A stretch of 64,000 nucleotides of DNA from Macrostomum hystrix (GCA_950097015.1 CATNEN010000011.1:1054001-1118000), one strand, 5' to 3'. Counted from the stretch's first letter, positions 38,069 to 52,096 are shown. The notes: generated by a model not told the origin, from the letters alone. Numbers and translations are program-made.

Positions 38069-41000
38069 ATGGAGGCGTCTGCAAAGACAAACATTTCGAA
38101 AATTGCAGAAGCATTGCATGCGCAAACAAACTGTAAGATTTAACTTTAAAATAGAACTTAATTATGATACATCAAATGTAATAGACGGTTTATAAGATGA
38201 GTGTCAGTACTTCAAATGTGATAGTTATTTAAATTTTCTGCATCAGTTTGCTCAAAAATATTTCACAGAAAGCTTATTAAAAACGTAGTTTTTTAATGGA
38301 CAAAAACGTCATAGTCTGTATTTTTTAGTTTGAACGAATTCATACAACAATCATTGTTAGACCGCATCTCAATTTTAGGCTATTCACTTTTCATTAAATT
38401 TATACACCCTCGCTAACGCTGTCCTAAACACTTACAAATTTTAGTCACTAAGAAAGAGTGCGAACACCTGCTCCACATGTACAAAGACATCACTGGCGGA
38501 GCAGAAGATGCGAAATTGGATCGGAACAAGTTTAAGGACATCTTGCACAATTCCTTTGGAATGACAGACGATCTGATGATGGATCAAGGTAAAATTTATA
38601 ATGCCCATCATCAGAGTTTCAAGTTTGATTCTTTTTCCTTAAAGCTCTTGTCATTTTGCTCTTGTCATATCAAGAAAAGACATTGAATTTCATATTTGCC
38701 AGTGTTTCGAGCATTCGACACGGACTCAGATTCCAACATCAGCCAGGAGGAATGGCTGAAAGGCATTTCAACATTCCTCAGAGGCACCCTGGAGGAGAAA
38801 ACTAACTGTAAGCTAAGTGCTTGTTTGCAGGGGTGGTTGTCAAGCCATTGTATGATTAGTCCCTAGCACAATAATAGGGCTGGAGTTCAAAACTTTTTCC
38901 TCCAAACCCATGGTAACTTCCCCTTCAAATCCATGGTAGCTTCCCCTTCAAACCCATAGTAGCTTCCCCTCCAAATCGATGGTAGCTTCCCCTCCAAATC
39001 GATGGTAGCTTCCCCTCCAAATCCATGCTAGCTTCCCCTTCAAATCCATGCTAGCTTCCCCTTCAAATCCATGGTAACTTCCCCTTCAAATCCATGGTAA
39101 CTTCCCCTTCAAATCCATGGTAACTTCCTCTTCAAACCCATAGTAGCTTCCCCTCCAAATCGATGGTAGCTTCCCCTTCAAATCCATGCTAGCTTCCCCT
39201 TCAAATCCATGCTAGCTTCCCCTCCTAATCCATGGCAGCTTCCCCTTCAAATCCATGGTAGCTTCCCCTCCTAATCCATGGCAGCTTCCCCTCCAAATCC
39301 ATGGCAGCTTTCCCTCCAAATCCATGGCAGCTTCCCCTCCAAATCCATGGCAGCTTTCCCTCCAAATCCATGCTAGCTTCCCCTTCAAATCCATGCTAGC
39401 TTCCCCTTCAAATCCATGCTAGCTTCCCCTTCAAATCCATGCTAGCTTCCCCTTCAAATCCATGCTAGCTTCCCCTAGCATGGGAAATCCATGGCTACCA
39501 AATCCATGGTAGCTTCCCATCCAAATCCATGGTAGCTTCCCCTTCAAATCCATGGCAGCTTTCCCTCCAAATCCATGGTAGCTTCCCCTCCAAATCCATG
39601 GTAGCTTCCCATCCAAATCCATGGTAGCTTCCCATCCAAATCCATGGTAGCTTCCCATCCAAATCCATGGTAGCTTCCCATCCAAATCCATGGTAGCTTC
39701 CCATCCAAATCCATGGTAGCTTCCCATCCAAATCCATGGTAGCTTCCCCTCCAAATCCATGGTAGCTTCCCATCCAAATCCATGGTAGCTTCCCATCCAA
39801 ATCCATGGTAGCTTCCCATCCAAATCCATGGTAGCTTCCCCTCCAAATCCATGGTAGCTTCCCATCCAAATCCATGGTAGCTTCCCCTCCAAATCCATGG
39901 TAGCTTCCCCTCCAAATCCATGGTACACTCTTTTTCTGTACACTCTTAGCTGAAGTTTTCAGCTAGAAAATTGTGGATTCGAAGAAAAATACTCAAGCTA
40001 TCAAATACCATTGAAGTATTTCTGCTCGCTGTAAAATCGATTGATTTCAAAATTTCATTTCATAAATTTCAGTCGCCTTCCGTGCCTACGATTTGAACTC
40101 GGACGGACTGATCAGCCGAGATGAAATGTTTCAACTGCTCAAATCAACTTTGATCCGTGTAAGTACTCAAGTCATGAAAAACTATATATTAGTTGGTTTC
40201 AAACTAATTAAATTGTTTAGTATAGTTCGAAAAAATCCCAAAATGTTTTTCAATTTTGATTCGAACTTATGCAGGGAAGTCTGGACTATGTAAGTATTTA
40301 CTAAAAATAATTGTTTCGATTAAGATTGAATTCCTGCAAGATTAGAGCAAATTTTCACTAACTGCTTGCGCACAAAGGTTACTCTTTTGGATTTACTAGA
40401 CGGATTGTAACAAAACTTGTCGGATCGTTTGGATGCATTTTGCATGTTTTTGAATTTAGCGTCATCTGTCACTTTATGATGCATGCTGCGGTATCCAGCA
40501 CTTGTGGCAGTGCAAATTTAATGCACCACCTCTGCATGCAGCATGTGTGGGCATGAGGATAAAGTAATAAAACTAAAATGGAAACGAATAATTTATTCAT
40601 TGTCGTTAGAAAAGCTGTCTTTTAAATAATATATTTCGACATTTTAAACTGAATTCGTCATTTTTCTACATTTTTTAATTTAATGTACCAGCTCGTGATT
40701 TAATTGAATTTCTCTCTCAATAAAAAAGAATTAAATTGTGTTTTAGGAGTAGAGCATTGTTTTAAAAGCCTGAAGTTTGACATTTTGCAGACCGATTTTT
40801 CATTCATTTGTTAGAATGTATTTTCTCGACGTGTTGTCTCTCGCACTGCATCCGACATTTACCTGGATCTTCTTATAAACTTTTCTGGCTTCGGGGTACA
40901 CGATTTAGATAAAGACACATGCTTGTTGTTTAAAAAAATTTAATATTTGCGTACACAAAGTACCGAAAACTCATCACTCATCCTCAGATGACTACTTACC

Positions 41001-41607
41001 CGTTTCGGAAGTAGTATATGCAAGGAAACATTTTCAGCATAGCTTTACCGACAAATCCTGTCGCGTGCACTAATTCAAAATCTTGCATTTTCCTACATTT
41101 TTTCAGCAACCCGTTGAAGAGGACCCAGACGAAGGTGTTAGAGACCTTGTGGAGATCGTGTTCAAGAAATTTGTAAGCTTCTCTTTCTTTGGTAACCTCG
41201 GTACTGTAGATTATCCACAAAAATTCATTTTCCATCAAGAAAACAATTGATTAGTAAGAAAATAACAATTAGATAGGGAACCTAGCATTCTCATACGCAT
41301 TCTCAAACAGGACACGCAGAAGAAGGGTGCTATAGACTATGCTCAGTTCAAAGCGAGCGTTGCTGATGAGCCGCTCCTATTGCAGGCTCTCGGAGCTTGC
41401 CTACCAGATGAAAAGGTTTGCATGCTTTTTGCAAAATAAAATGCCAATATTCGCATATTTCTACTCATGCTTCAAGATAGTAGGCTGACATGCGTTTTGC
41501 AACTGACAAAATTTCAGAGCGCGGACGCTTTCCTGTGCACATTCGAAGAGGTCCACGTGCCAACAACAATATCATACATTCGGACCGGCTTTGGAAGGCA
41601 GCACTAG
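38069..41607 (+). CDS. EFCAB1: Calaxin / EF-hand calcium-binding domain protein 1, ~219 aa
   Basis: [68 protein letters not shown] and [12 protein letters not shown]. Seven phase-consistent exons: 38069-38132, 38445-38588, 38703-38807, 40073-40158, 41107-41172, 41311-41415, 41518-41607. Confidence 0.93.
38905..39925. repeat. Minisatellite, 23-bp unit (calaxin intron 3)
   Basis: Unit CCAAATCCATGGTAGCTTCCCCT. Confidence 0.94.
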
Positions 41608-41917
41608 AATTTCTGGCAAACGAGCTAAATCCCAGACATTTTCTAGACTGAACTGAGAACAATAAACTGTTTGAGCAATATATCGAATAAATGATTTTTC
41701 TCTTCGAATTTTCCTCTCCATTTTGCAAACAAGCCTTGTAGCTCACTGCACTATTCTCACTGAGAAAGTCTCAAAGCAATAAACATGTGTTCTTATTGAC
41801 ATTGCTATACTAGTTTTGCTCTCTTTTTCAGCCGCATGAAAATTTATACAAATATAATTATCGAGTCATCACTTCGTATACTATGATTCAATTTTACAGT
41901 TTTACATTTTGCATTTT

Positions 41918-42110
41918 ATTGGTTGACAGACTAGACGAGGGTGCACCTAAAAGGTTGAGCTGTGCCTAAAATTTAGGCTTGATCACTGAAATCTGAGAAA
42001 TTCGCGTCAGGGTGTCCATATTGGCCTAGTTCCACCTGCTGTAGGCCTTGAAGGTCCAGCAGTCCGTCTAGATAAAGGTAGGTGACGACAGAAGACGGAG
42101 ATGAGTGCTC
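41918..42110 (+). repeat. Dispersed repeat family C, copy downstream of calaxin
   Basis: Homologous to the reverse complement of 5215-5422. Confidence 0.8.
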
Positions 42111-42409
42111 TGATAAACTGATGAGTTTATGAGCTAACCTGAGTCTCCCTTCTCGAGACCAGTTTTCAAGAAATTATTCAGTTTCCTAACCAAACAAACA
42201 TTTCGAAAATCTGTTGCCTGATATGAAAGTTATCAGTGTTTTTACGAGTATAATATGCAACGTTTCGAAAAAAACAAATGTAAATATGAAAATATGATTT
42301 TAAAGATAACGATATGTATAAAAAGTCAATTAAAAAATGATATTTTAAACTAATATGCTGTATGTATTACTAAGGGAATTCAGTAGTGTAGTACGTACTG
42401 CTCAAGTAT

Positions 42410-44460
42410 TCAGTACTCAGGACTGTCCCTCGGTCTGTCTCATTCATTCCCCTGAGTATTCAGTGCCTCATTCATTCCCCTGAGTATTCAGTGTCTCAGT
42501 CATTCCTCTGAGTATTCAGTGTCTCAGTCAATTACCTGAGTATTCAGTGTCTCAGTCAATTACCTGAGTATTCAGTGTCTCAGTCAATTACCTGAGTATT
42601 CAGTGTCTCATTCATTCCCCTGAGTGTTCAGTGTCTCAGTCATTCCCCTGAGTATTCAGTGTCTCAGTCATTCCCCTGAGTATTCAGTGTCTCAGTCAAT
42701 TACCTGAGTATTCAGTGTCTCAGTCAATTACCTGAGTATTCAGTGTCTCAGTCAATTACCTGAGTATTCAGTGTCTCAGTCAATTACCTGAGTATTCAGT
42801 GTCTCAGTCAATTACCTGAGTATTCAGTGTCTCAGTCAATTACCTGAGTATTCAGTGTCTCAGTCAATTACCTGAGTATTCAGTGTCTCATTCATTCCCC
42901 TGAGTGTTCAGTGTCTCAGTCATTCCCCTGAGTATTCAGTGTCTCAGTCATTCCCCTGAGTATTCAGTGTCTCAGTCATTCCCCTGAGTATTCAGTGTCT
43001 CAGTCATTCCCCTGAGTATTCAGTGTCTCAGTCATTCCCCTGAGTATTCAGTGTCTCAGTCATTCCCCTGAGTATTCAGTGTCTCAGTCATTCCCCTGAG
43101 TATTCAGTGTCTCAGTCATTCCCCTGAGTATTCAGTGTCTCAGTCATTCCCCTGAGTATTCAGTGTCTCAGTCAATTACCTGAGTATTCAGTGTCTCAGT
43201 CAATTCCCTGAGTATTCAGTGTCTCAGTCAATTCCCTGAGTATTCAGTGTCTCAGTCAATTACCTGAGTATTCAGTGTCTCAGTCAATTACCTGAGTATT
43301 CAGTGTCTCAGTCATTCCCCTGAGTATTCAGTGTCTCAGTCATTCCCCTGAGTATTCAGTGTCTCAGTCATTCCCCTGAGTATTCAGTGTCTCAGTCATT
43401 CCCCTGAGTATTCAGTGTCTCAGTCATTCCCCTGAGTATTCAGTGTCTCAGTCATTCCCCTGAGTATTCAGTGTCTCAGTCATTCCCCTGAGTATTCAGT
43501 GTCTCAGTCATTCCCCTGAGTATTCAGTGTCTCAGTCAATTCCCTGAGTATTCAGTGTCTCAGTCAATTCCCTGAGTATTCAGTGTCTCAGTCATTCCCC
43601 TGAGTATTTAGTGTCTCAGTCATTCCCCTGAGTATTCAGTGTCTCAGTCAATTACCTGAGTATTCAGTGTCTCAGTCATTCCCCTGAGTATTCAGTGTCT
43701 CATTCATTCCACTGAGTATTCAGTGTCTCAGTCATTCCCCTGAGTATTCAGTGTCTCAGTCATTCCCCTGAGTATTCAGTGTCTCAGTCAATTACCTGAG
43801 TGTTCAGTGTCTCAGTCATTCCCCTGAGTATTCAGTGTCTCATTCATTCCCCTGAGTATTCAGTGTCTCAGTCAATTACCTGAGTGTTCAGTGTCTCAGT
43901 CATTCCCCTGAGTATTCAGTGTCTCAGTCATTCCCCTGAGTATTCAGTGTCTCAGTCAATTACCTGAGTGTTCAGTGTCTCAGTCATTCCCCTGAGTATT
44001 CAGTGTATCATTCATTCCCCTGAGTATTCAGTGTCTCAGTCATTCCTCTGAGTATTCAGTGTCTCAGTCATTCCCCTGAGTATTCAGTGTCTCAGTCATT
44101 CCCCTGAGTATTCAGTGTCTCATTCATTCCCCTGAGTATTCAGTGTCTCAGTCATTCCTCTGAGTATTCAGTGTCTCATTCATTCCCCTGAGTGTTCAGT
44201 GTCTCAGTCAATTACCTGAGTATTCAGTGTCTCAGTCATTCCCCTGAGTATTCAGTGTCTCAGTCATTCCCCTGAGTATTCAGTGTCTCAGTCAATTACC
44301 TGAGTATTCAGTGTCTCAGTCATTCCCCTGAGTATTCAGTGTCTCAGTCAATTACCTGAGTATTCAGTGTCTCAGTCATTCCCCTGAGTATTCAGTGTCT
44401 CAGTCAATTACCTGAGTATTCAGTGTCTCAGTCATTCCCCTGAGTATTCAGTGTCTCAGG
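42410..44460. repeat. Minisatellite, 29-bp unit, ~70 copies
   Basis: Unit CTGAGTATTCAGTGTCTCAGTCATTCCCC, with an AATTAC variant. Confidence 0.96.
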
Positions 44461-44707
44461 CAATTGTGAATAACTACTGTATATAGCCGTGGTATATGCC
44501 AGATGCTATTTACAGAAGTCCTTCTGACGAATCTTGAAGTTCAGATAGGCTACATGTTTCTGTATTCATAGTTGCTCATGTTTTATAATTATTGTCTATG
44601 GCAATAAACATTCTAAACTAATATTCCGCAGTAAAGTTTGATATACACAAAGGAAAACAAAAGTACAATTTTCTAGCCATTCTTTCATCGAAGGCCAATT
44701 TTAAGAC

Positions 44708-45121
44708 ATGGAAGCAAACCAAATAGCAAAAGAATGGAATGTACTAACAATTCAAGAGAAGGATCTGCTGCGAAAATTCTTCGACACCCCGGTTAGCAGC
44801 ATGCCAGTTGACATACTATTATATCGACAATCATTGTCGCAGATTAGGATAGCGCTAAAAAAATCCATCTCAGTCGAACGACTCCAAAATGGCATCCTGA
44901 TTTCGTTGCTAATGGTCAATCTCGTGATGTTGCTGACGCTGCTAATTTATTACATCTGCAGCCGAGAGACGGACAGACCCAACAAACTGTCACCATGCCA
45001 GTGCACTATTGAGGAGGAGTCGAGCGAGGCTCTTCTTCCGAAATTGAAGCTAAAAAAGAGACATTTTGATTATTCTCACCTGAGATTCAGCAATGTGCAG
45101 AACAGAACTCAAATGAGGTGA
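44708..45121 (+). CDS. Hypothetical 137-aa single-pass membrane protein (orphan gene or terminal exon)
   Basis: Non-repetitive ORF between two arrays, with one hydrophobic segment (ILISLLMVNLVMLLTLLIYYIC), a polar tail and AATAAA at ~45180. No homologue recognised. Confidence 0.45.
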   Translation: MEANQIAKEWNVLTIQEKDLLRKFFDTPVSSMPVDILLYRQSLSQIRIALKKSISVERLQNGILISLLMVNLVMLLTLLIYYICSRETDRPNKLSPCQCTIEEESSEALLPKLKLKKRHFDYSHLRFSNVQNRTQMR

Positions 45122-45304
45122 AGTTTTTGACGATTATTGACTGACGGAGCGGAGCATGGCGCAGTAGTGAATATTCTAGAATAAAATATAATTGTTGCAC
45201 CTTCAACTATTCATAATTAAATCTTCGCTTTTCTTTCTATTTTATTACAAAGTGGAGAATAAGTATTCATTTTTGTCACAGGACCTGGCTGCAACACAAC
45301 TTGA

Positions 45305-46670
45305 TATATCTACCTCGTGTAGTCAACTTATCTACCTCACAGTCTAGTTATCTACCTCACAGTCTAGTTATCTACCTCACAGTCTAGTTATCTACCTCGT
45401 GTAGTCAACTTATCTACCTCACAGTCTAGTTATCTACCTCACAGTCTAGTTATCTACCTCACAGTCTAGTTATCTACCTCACAGTCTAGTTATCTACCTC
45501 ACACACTAGTTATCTACCTCACAGTCTAGTTATCTACCTCACAGTCTAGTTATCTACCTCGTGTAGTCAACTTATCTACCTCACAGTCTAGTTATCTACC
45601 TCACAGTCTAGTTATCTACCTCACAGTCTAGTTATCTACCTCACAGTCTAGTTATCTACCTCACAGTCTAGTTATCTACCTCACAGTCTAGTTATCTACC
45701 TCACAGTCTAGTTATCTACCTCACAGTCTAGTTATCTACCTCACAGTCTAGTTATCTACCTCACAGTCTAGTTATCTACCTCACAGTCTAGTTATCTACC
45801 TCACAGTCTAGTTATCTACCTCACACACTAGTTATCTACCTCACAGTCTAGTTATCTACCTCACACACTAGTTATCTACCTCACAGTCTAGTTATCTACC
45901 TCACACACTAGTTATCTACCTCACAGTCTAGTTATCTACCTCACACACTAGTTATCTACCTCACAGTCTAGTTATCTACCTCACAGTCTAGTTATCTACC
46001 TCACAGTCTAGTTATCTACCTCACAGACAGTCTAGTTATCTACCTCACAGTCTAGTTATCTACCTCACAGTCTAGTTATCTACCTCACAGTCTAGTTATC
46101 TACCTCACAGTCTAGTTATCTACCTCACAGTCTAGTTATCTACCTCACCGACAGTCTAGTTATCTACCTCACAGACAGTCTAGTTATCTACCTCACAGAC
46201 AGTCTAGTTATCTACCTCACAGACAGTCTAGTTATCTACCTCACAGACAGTCTAGTTATCTACCTCACACACTAGTTATCTACCTCACAGTCTAGTTATC
46301 TACCTCACAGTCTAGTTATCTACCTCACAGTCTAGTTATCTACCTCACAGTCTAGTTATCTACCTCACAGTCTAGTTATCTACCTCACACACTAGTTATC
46401 TACCTCACAGTCTAGTTATCTACCTCACACACTAGTTATCTACCTCACAGTCTAGTTATCTACCTCACAGTCTAGTTATCTACCTCACAGACAGTCTAGT
46501 TATCTACCTCACAGTCTAGTTATCTACCTCACAGTCTAGTTATCTACCTCACAGACAGTCTAGTTATCTACCTCACAGTCTAGTTATCTACCTCACAGAC
46601 AGTCTAGTTATCTACCTCACAGTCTAGTTATCTACCTCACAGTCTAGTTATCTACCTCACAGACAGTCTA
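45305..46670. repeat. Minisatellite, 20-bp unit
   Basis: Unit TATCTACCTCACAGTCTAGT. Confidence 0.96.
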
Positions 46671-47134
46671 GGGTGTCCATTCCAATAGACTTAAAACTCT
46701 GTTACTCTATTAATTATCTTAGTGAGAACAGCAAGTAACCTAAAATTTTTTGTTGGACAAGAATTGTCCACAGGACAGCAAATTGGACTAATTCTTTTTT
46801 TGCCTAGCTGAGACACTGGATTTGGCAAAGAAAAACGTGACAAATTTCGGGAATGCTTCACAATGCTTCTGAGGCTGAAAGCGCGCCAACTCCCTGAGGG
46901 TTCGAGAGGCGATGATCGAATATGATTGCAGCTAGTTTCCAACAAGTATAAGAGAAAGTGAAAGAGAAATTTTGTTGCAACTGGAAAACTTTTCCACATT
47001 AGACATTGTCGCCGAAATTGACTGCAAGCTCTTGTACTGAATCTATAAGTGATAGAGTTTGCACTTCACTCAACTTAAAGTAGTTGTACTTCAAACAGCC
47101 GTAACTATAGCTAGCAGTTGAAAAGTGTCTGCCG

Positions 47135-47830
47135 CTTTATCTGCCACGATCGATTCTCTATCGATTTTTATCAGTTCTTTATCTACTACGATCGATTCTC
47201 TATCGATTTTTATCAGTTCTTTATCTACTACGATCGATTCTCTATCGATTTTTATCAGTTCTTTATCTGCCACGATCGATTCTCTATCGATTTTTATCAG
47301 TTCTTTATCTGCCACGATCGATTCTCTATCGATTTTTATCAGTTCTTTATCTGCCACGATCGATTCTCTATCGATTTTTATCAGTTCTTTATCTACTACG
47401 ATCGATTCTCTATCGATTTTTATCAGTTCTTTATCTACCACGATCGATTCTCTATCGATTTTTATCAGTTCTTTATCTACTACGATCGATTCTCTATCGA
47501 TTTTTATCAGTTCTTTATCTACTACGATCGATTCTCTATCGATTTTTATCAGTTCTTTATCTGCCACGATCGGTTCTCTATCGATTTTTATCAGTTCTTT
47601 ATCTGCCACGATCGATTCTCTATCGATTTTTTATCAGTTCTTTATCTACTACGATCGATTCTCTATCGATTTTTATCAGTTCTTTATCTGCCACGATCGA
47701 TTCTCTATCGATTTTTATCAGTTCTTTATCTGCCACGATCGGTTCTCTATCTATTTTTTATCAGTTCTTTATCTGCCACGATCGGTTCTCTATCGATTTT
47801 TATCAGTTCTTTATCTACCATCTACTACGA
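47135..47830. repeat. Minisatellite, 42-bp unit
   Basis: Unit CGATCGATTCTCTATCGATTTTTATCAGTTCTTTATCTGCCA. Confidence 0.95.
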
Positions 47831-47929
47831 TCTACTACTAAAATGGGGATTTTAGGTTCAGGTGAATTGGCATTTTAGATCTGTCTGTTAATCGCTGTCT
47901 TCAGCCAAAGAACCAAGTTGGGCCACAAT

Positions 47930-47995
47930 GACACAGAGGCTGTGTACAGATTTTCAGTCCATGGACTGTGGAGGCGACCTCCTGCATGTCTTCTT
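47930..47995 (-). mobile_element. SINE family A small fragment
   Basis: GGCTGTGTAC..TTCAGTCCATGGACTG.GGAGG block. Confidence 0.5.
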
Positions 47996-48834
47996 TTCCC
48001 GCAGCCAAATTTCTACTCCATCTCTCCTCTACTATATATTTTCCTATATTTCTTTAGTAATCATCTATGACGTAATTGAACATGTTCTCTTATGTAAACT
48101 TTAGCAATCAGCAATTAACAATTAAACAAATCCTGCGTCAATAAATGTTTTATTTTTTTCTAAATATAATAATGGGTAGAAGGTCTATGTTACTTGAGTG
48201 AGTGGAGATTTTCTATACCTGTGTTCGTATTCTCTGTACACTAACACCAGGGAAGAAAATTTCGCGATGCAACGACGGACAGAAGCAACTCAAATTACAA
48301 TAGTGCTCCATTGAGCACAATAGCTGTAGTGTCCAATTGTAGTGACTATGGTATCCTATTATTAATTCTAGTATATTGTAGATTTAACCATTATACTAAT
48401 ACTATATCAGACTGTTTCATTGTACTGTGCGTGCAGCTATGGGATTGCTATATTGATGCTGGGGATAATGAAGAATGAAATTGGGGATCACGGCAACGAG
48501 GGGATAATTTGAGCAGTATAGATAAGAGAAAGAAGATATTCCACACTGGTGAATGAGGATTGGGGGAAATGACAAGGGCTTCAAATCTAGGGGATATATA
48601 TAGATAGGTAAAAAGCAATTGAGGATCAGATTCGACATAGCTAATATGCTGGTATGTGTGGGGCAGTATTGCCCCGGCCATATGCAATTACTAATTGGCA
48701 TTGGCCAATCAGAAAGGTGAGCAGCTAGCGATGCACTTGTGCCAATTAATGTCTCATTGAATTTATCGATCGATTTTTAATGAGTTACCTTGACTAGGGA
48801 AATAATTTTTTTATAATTCATCTAGCTGAAGGTA

Positions 48835-50625
48835 AAAAAATACCTGAAGGTACTGAAGGACATTGTTGAATAACACACAAAAGTGCCTGAAGGTACTGAA
48901 GGACATTGTGTATTGGCACGCAAAACTACCTGAAGGTACTGAAGGACAATGTTGATTAGCACACAAAACTACCTGAAGGTACTGAAGGACATTGTGTAAT
49001 GGCACGCAAAACTACCTGAAGGTACTGAAGGATATTGTTGAATAACACACTAAAATGCCTGAAGGTACTGAAGGACATTGTGTAATGGCACACAAAACTA
49101 CCTGAAGGTACTGATGGACATTGTGTAATGGCACACAAAACTACCTGAAGGTACTGATGGACATTGTGTAATGGCACACAAAACTACCTGAAGGTACTGA
49201 TGGACATTGTGTAATGGCACACGAAACTACCTGAAGGTACTGAAGGACATTGTGTAATGGCACACAAAACTACCTGAAGGTACTGAAGGACATTGTGCAA
49301 TGGCACACGAAACTACCTGAAGGTACTGAAGGACATTGTGTAATGGCACACAAAACTACCTGAAGGTACTGAAGGACATTGTGTAATGGCACACAAAACT
49401 ACCTGAAGGTACTGAAGGACATTGTGTAATGGCACACAAAAATACCTGAAGGTACTGATGGACATTGTGTAATGGCACACGAAACTACCTGAAGGTACTG
49501 AAGGACATTGTGCAATGGCACACGAAACTACCTGAACGTACTGATGGACATTGTGTAATGGCACACGAAACTACCTGAACGTACTGAAGGACATTGTGTA
49601 ATGGCACACGAAACTACCTGAAGGTACTGATGGACATTGTGCAATGGCACACAAAACTACCTGAAGGTACTGATGGACATTGTGTAATGGCACACGAAAC
49701 TACCTGAAGGTACTGATGGACATTGTGTAATGGCACACAAAACTACCTGAAGGTACTGATGGACATTGTGTAATGGCACACGAAACTACCTGAAGGTACT
49801 GAAGGACATTGTGTAATGGCACACGAAACTACCTGAAGGTACTGAAGGACATTGTGCAATGGCACACGAAACTACCTGAAGGTACTGAAGGACATTGTGT
49901 AATGGCACACGAAACTACCTGAAGGTACTGATGGACATTATGTAATGGCACACAAAACTACCTGAAGGTACTGATGGACATTGTGTAATGGCACACGAAA
50001 CTACCTGAAGGTACTGATGGACATTGTGTAATGGCACACAAAACTACCTGAAGGTACTGAAGGACATTGTGTAATGGCACACAAAACTACCTGAACGTAC
50101 TGAAGGACATTATGTAATGGCACACGAAACTACCTGAACGTACTGAAGGACATTGTGTAATGGCACACAAAACTACCTGAACGTACTGATGGACATTGTG
50201 CAATGGCACACAAAACTACCTGAAGGTACTGAAGGACATTGTGCAATGGCACACGAAACTACCTGAAGGTACTGAAGGACATTGTGTAATGGCACATGAA
50301 ACTACCTGAAGGTACTGATGGACATTGTGTAAAGGCACACGAAACTACCTGAAGGTACTGATGGACATTATGTAATGGCACACAAAACTACCTGAAGGTA
50401 CTGATGGACATTGTGTAATGGCACACGAAACTACCTGAAGGTACTGATGGACATTATGTAATGGCACACAAAACTACCTGAAGGTACTGAAGGACATTGT
50501 GCAATGGCACACGAAACTACCTGAAGGTACTGATGGACATTATGTAATGGCACACAAAACTACCTGAAGGTACTGAAGTACAATGTTGAATAACACACAA
50601 AAATGCCTGAAGGTACTGAAGTACG
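48835..50625. repeat. Minisatellite, 43-bp unit, ~40 copies
   Basis: Unit ACTACCTGAAGGTACTGAAGGACATTGTGTAATGGCACACAAA. Confidence 0.96.
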
Positions 50626-50653
50626 AGTATTACTGGTTGAGTTTAGCTATGTA

Positions 50654-52025
50654 CTTCGGGTGTCCGGAAAGTCATGAGAATGTGTTATTCTAAGTACTTA
50701 GACACAAGCTATTGACAAGATACTGTACCATTCTAACACTTGACTTAATATATGTCTATGGCTGAAAGAGCTAGATTCTTGCTTCAAATTTGGGGGTAAG
50801 GCTGATGGTTATAACTTAGAAGTCTAGGCCACTGCAACGCAGAGGCAAAGCAAGCATCTATCGTTACTTTTTTCTTCATTGATCCTTGCTGCTGCTTTGA
50901 GATGGACGAGTTTCAAGCTTATGCTTATACCAGGTATAAGCTTGGTATATCTGCTCCTGATTGCCATGGAGAACTGCTGAAAGTGCATGGAGATGTGGCG
51001 CCTGGTCTGTCGTCAGTGTACCGATGATACACAAGGTTCCGTGACGAGTCGTACCCACTGGCCCAAGCTGCCCGGACTGGCCGGCCGAGATCGACGAGAA
51101 CACCAGAGCTGATCGAGACCTGCAGAAATCTCGTGAAAGAAGACCCAAAAGTGAGTGTCAGAGATCTTGCTGACTTCATGGAGGTTGGGAAATCAACAGT
51201 GCATGAAATATTGACTGAAGACCTGCAACTTCGCAATGTGTCTGCCGTGTGGGTCCCGCATGTTCTCTCCGAAGAGAACAAGGTTGCTCGCGTCAATTGT
51301 GCCAAGCAAATACGTCGGATTTTTCATACCGAGGGTATGACCAGCTTCTGCAACAAGTACGTGGTGGAGGACGAGACGTGGGTGTACCTTAAAAACACTG
51401 GTACACGGCAGAACAACCGGTGCTGGCTGGGTCAAGGCGACCATCGACCTCAAGTTGTGAGACACTCAGTCGGGGACCCAAAGACAATGCTGGTAGTCGC
51501 TTTCACCCCAAGCAAGAGATTCTCTATCATGTCAACGGCGCCAAAGCAGACTGTTGATGCCAATCGCATCGTTGAATTCGTTCGACACACAGGTGACCTA
51601 TGGCGGAGCCTCAGATCACAGCCAATTCATTTGTCCGGAGTATTGTGGCAGTGGGACAACGCACGACCTTATGTGGCCCAGCCTGTGCAGCAGTACATGG
51701 AGACTCGTGGAGATCAACTGCTTTTTCAGAGTCCCTACAGCCCTGATTTCAATTTATGCGACCGTTTTTTCTTCAATTGGCTGAAATCGGACTTCTCGAA
51801 GCGGGAGTTCAGCAGCCACGATGAGGTCCGCGAGGCCGCGTTGCAGTGGGCGAGGGGTCTGGATGTAAACTGCTTGAAACGCGAGGTTCTACGGCTCGTG
51901 GAGCACTGCCAAGCTGTGATTGACTTCAGGGGAAATTACATTACTGATTAGTAAAGTTTCACTGTTCTGCGCGTTTTTATAATTAACCTTTTGTAGTTTT
52001 CTCATGACTTTCCGGACACCCGGAA
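50654..52025 (+). mobile_element. Mariner (Tc1/mariner, DD34D) DNA transposon, full length
   Basis: 27-bp TIRs at 50654-50680 and 51999-52025 with 2 mismatches (core CGGGTGTCCGGAAAGTCATGAGAA), and TA on both flanks. Confidence 0.95.
50902..51951 (+). pseudogene. Mariner transposase, 349 codons with one in-frame TGA at codon 42
   Basis: ATG at 50902 is in frame with ORF 51133-51951. SVYR*YTRF has TGA at 51025-51027 where W is expected. Motifs WVPHVL, EDETW, WDNARP and YSPDFNLCD are present, with D34D spacing counted by hand. Confidence 0.9.
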
Positions 52026-52096
52026 TAAATAATAGAATGGATGAAAAAAAGCAAAAAAGGTTGAGCTATGCCGTAATTTTCATCGAGAAAATGTAA

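Noticed and set aside
42118-42180. CTGATGAG hammerhead-like core
   Set aside because: No stem II followed by GAAA could be formed nearby.
46691-47030. 102-aa minus ORF and short plus-strand frames
   Set aside because: No motif recognised, the plus-strand frames are interrupted by stops, and there is no consistent exon structure.
47091-47855. Long repeat ORFs in three frames (DKELIKIDRESIV... and others)
   Set aside because: These are stop-free by-products of a 42-bp unit, with no unique flanking coding sequence or splice context.
42410-50625. Regularly spaced repeats as possible CRISPR arrays
   Set aside because: Units are head-to-tail with no unique spacers, no cas genes are present, and the context is an intron-containing eukaryotic genome.
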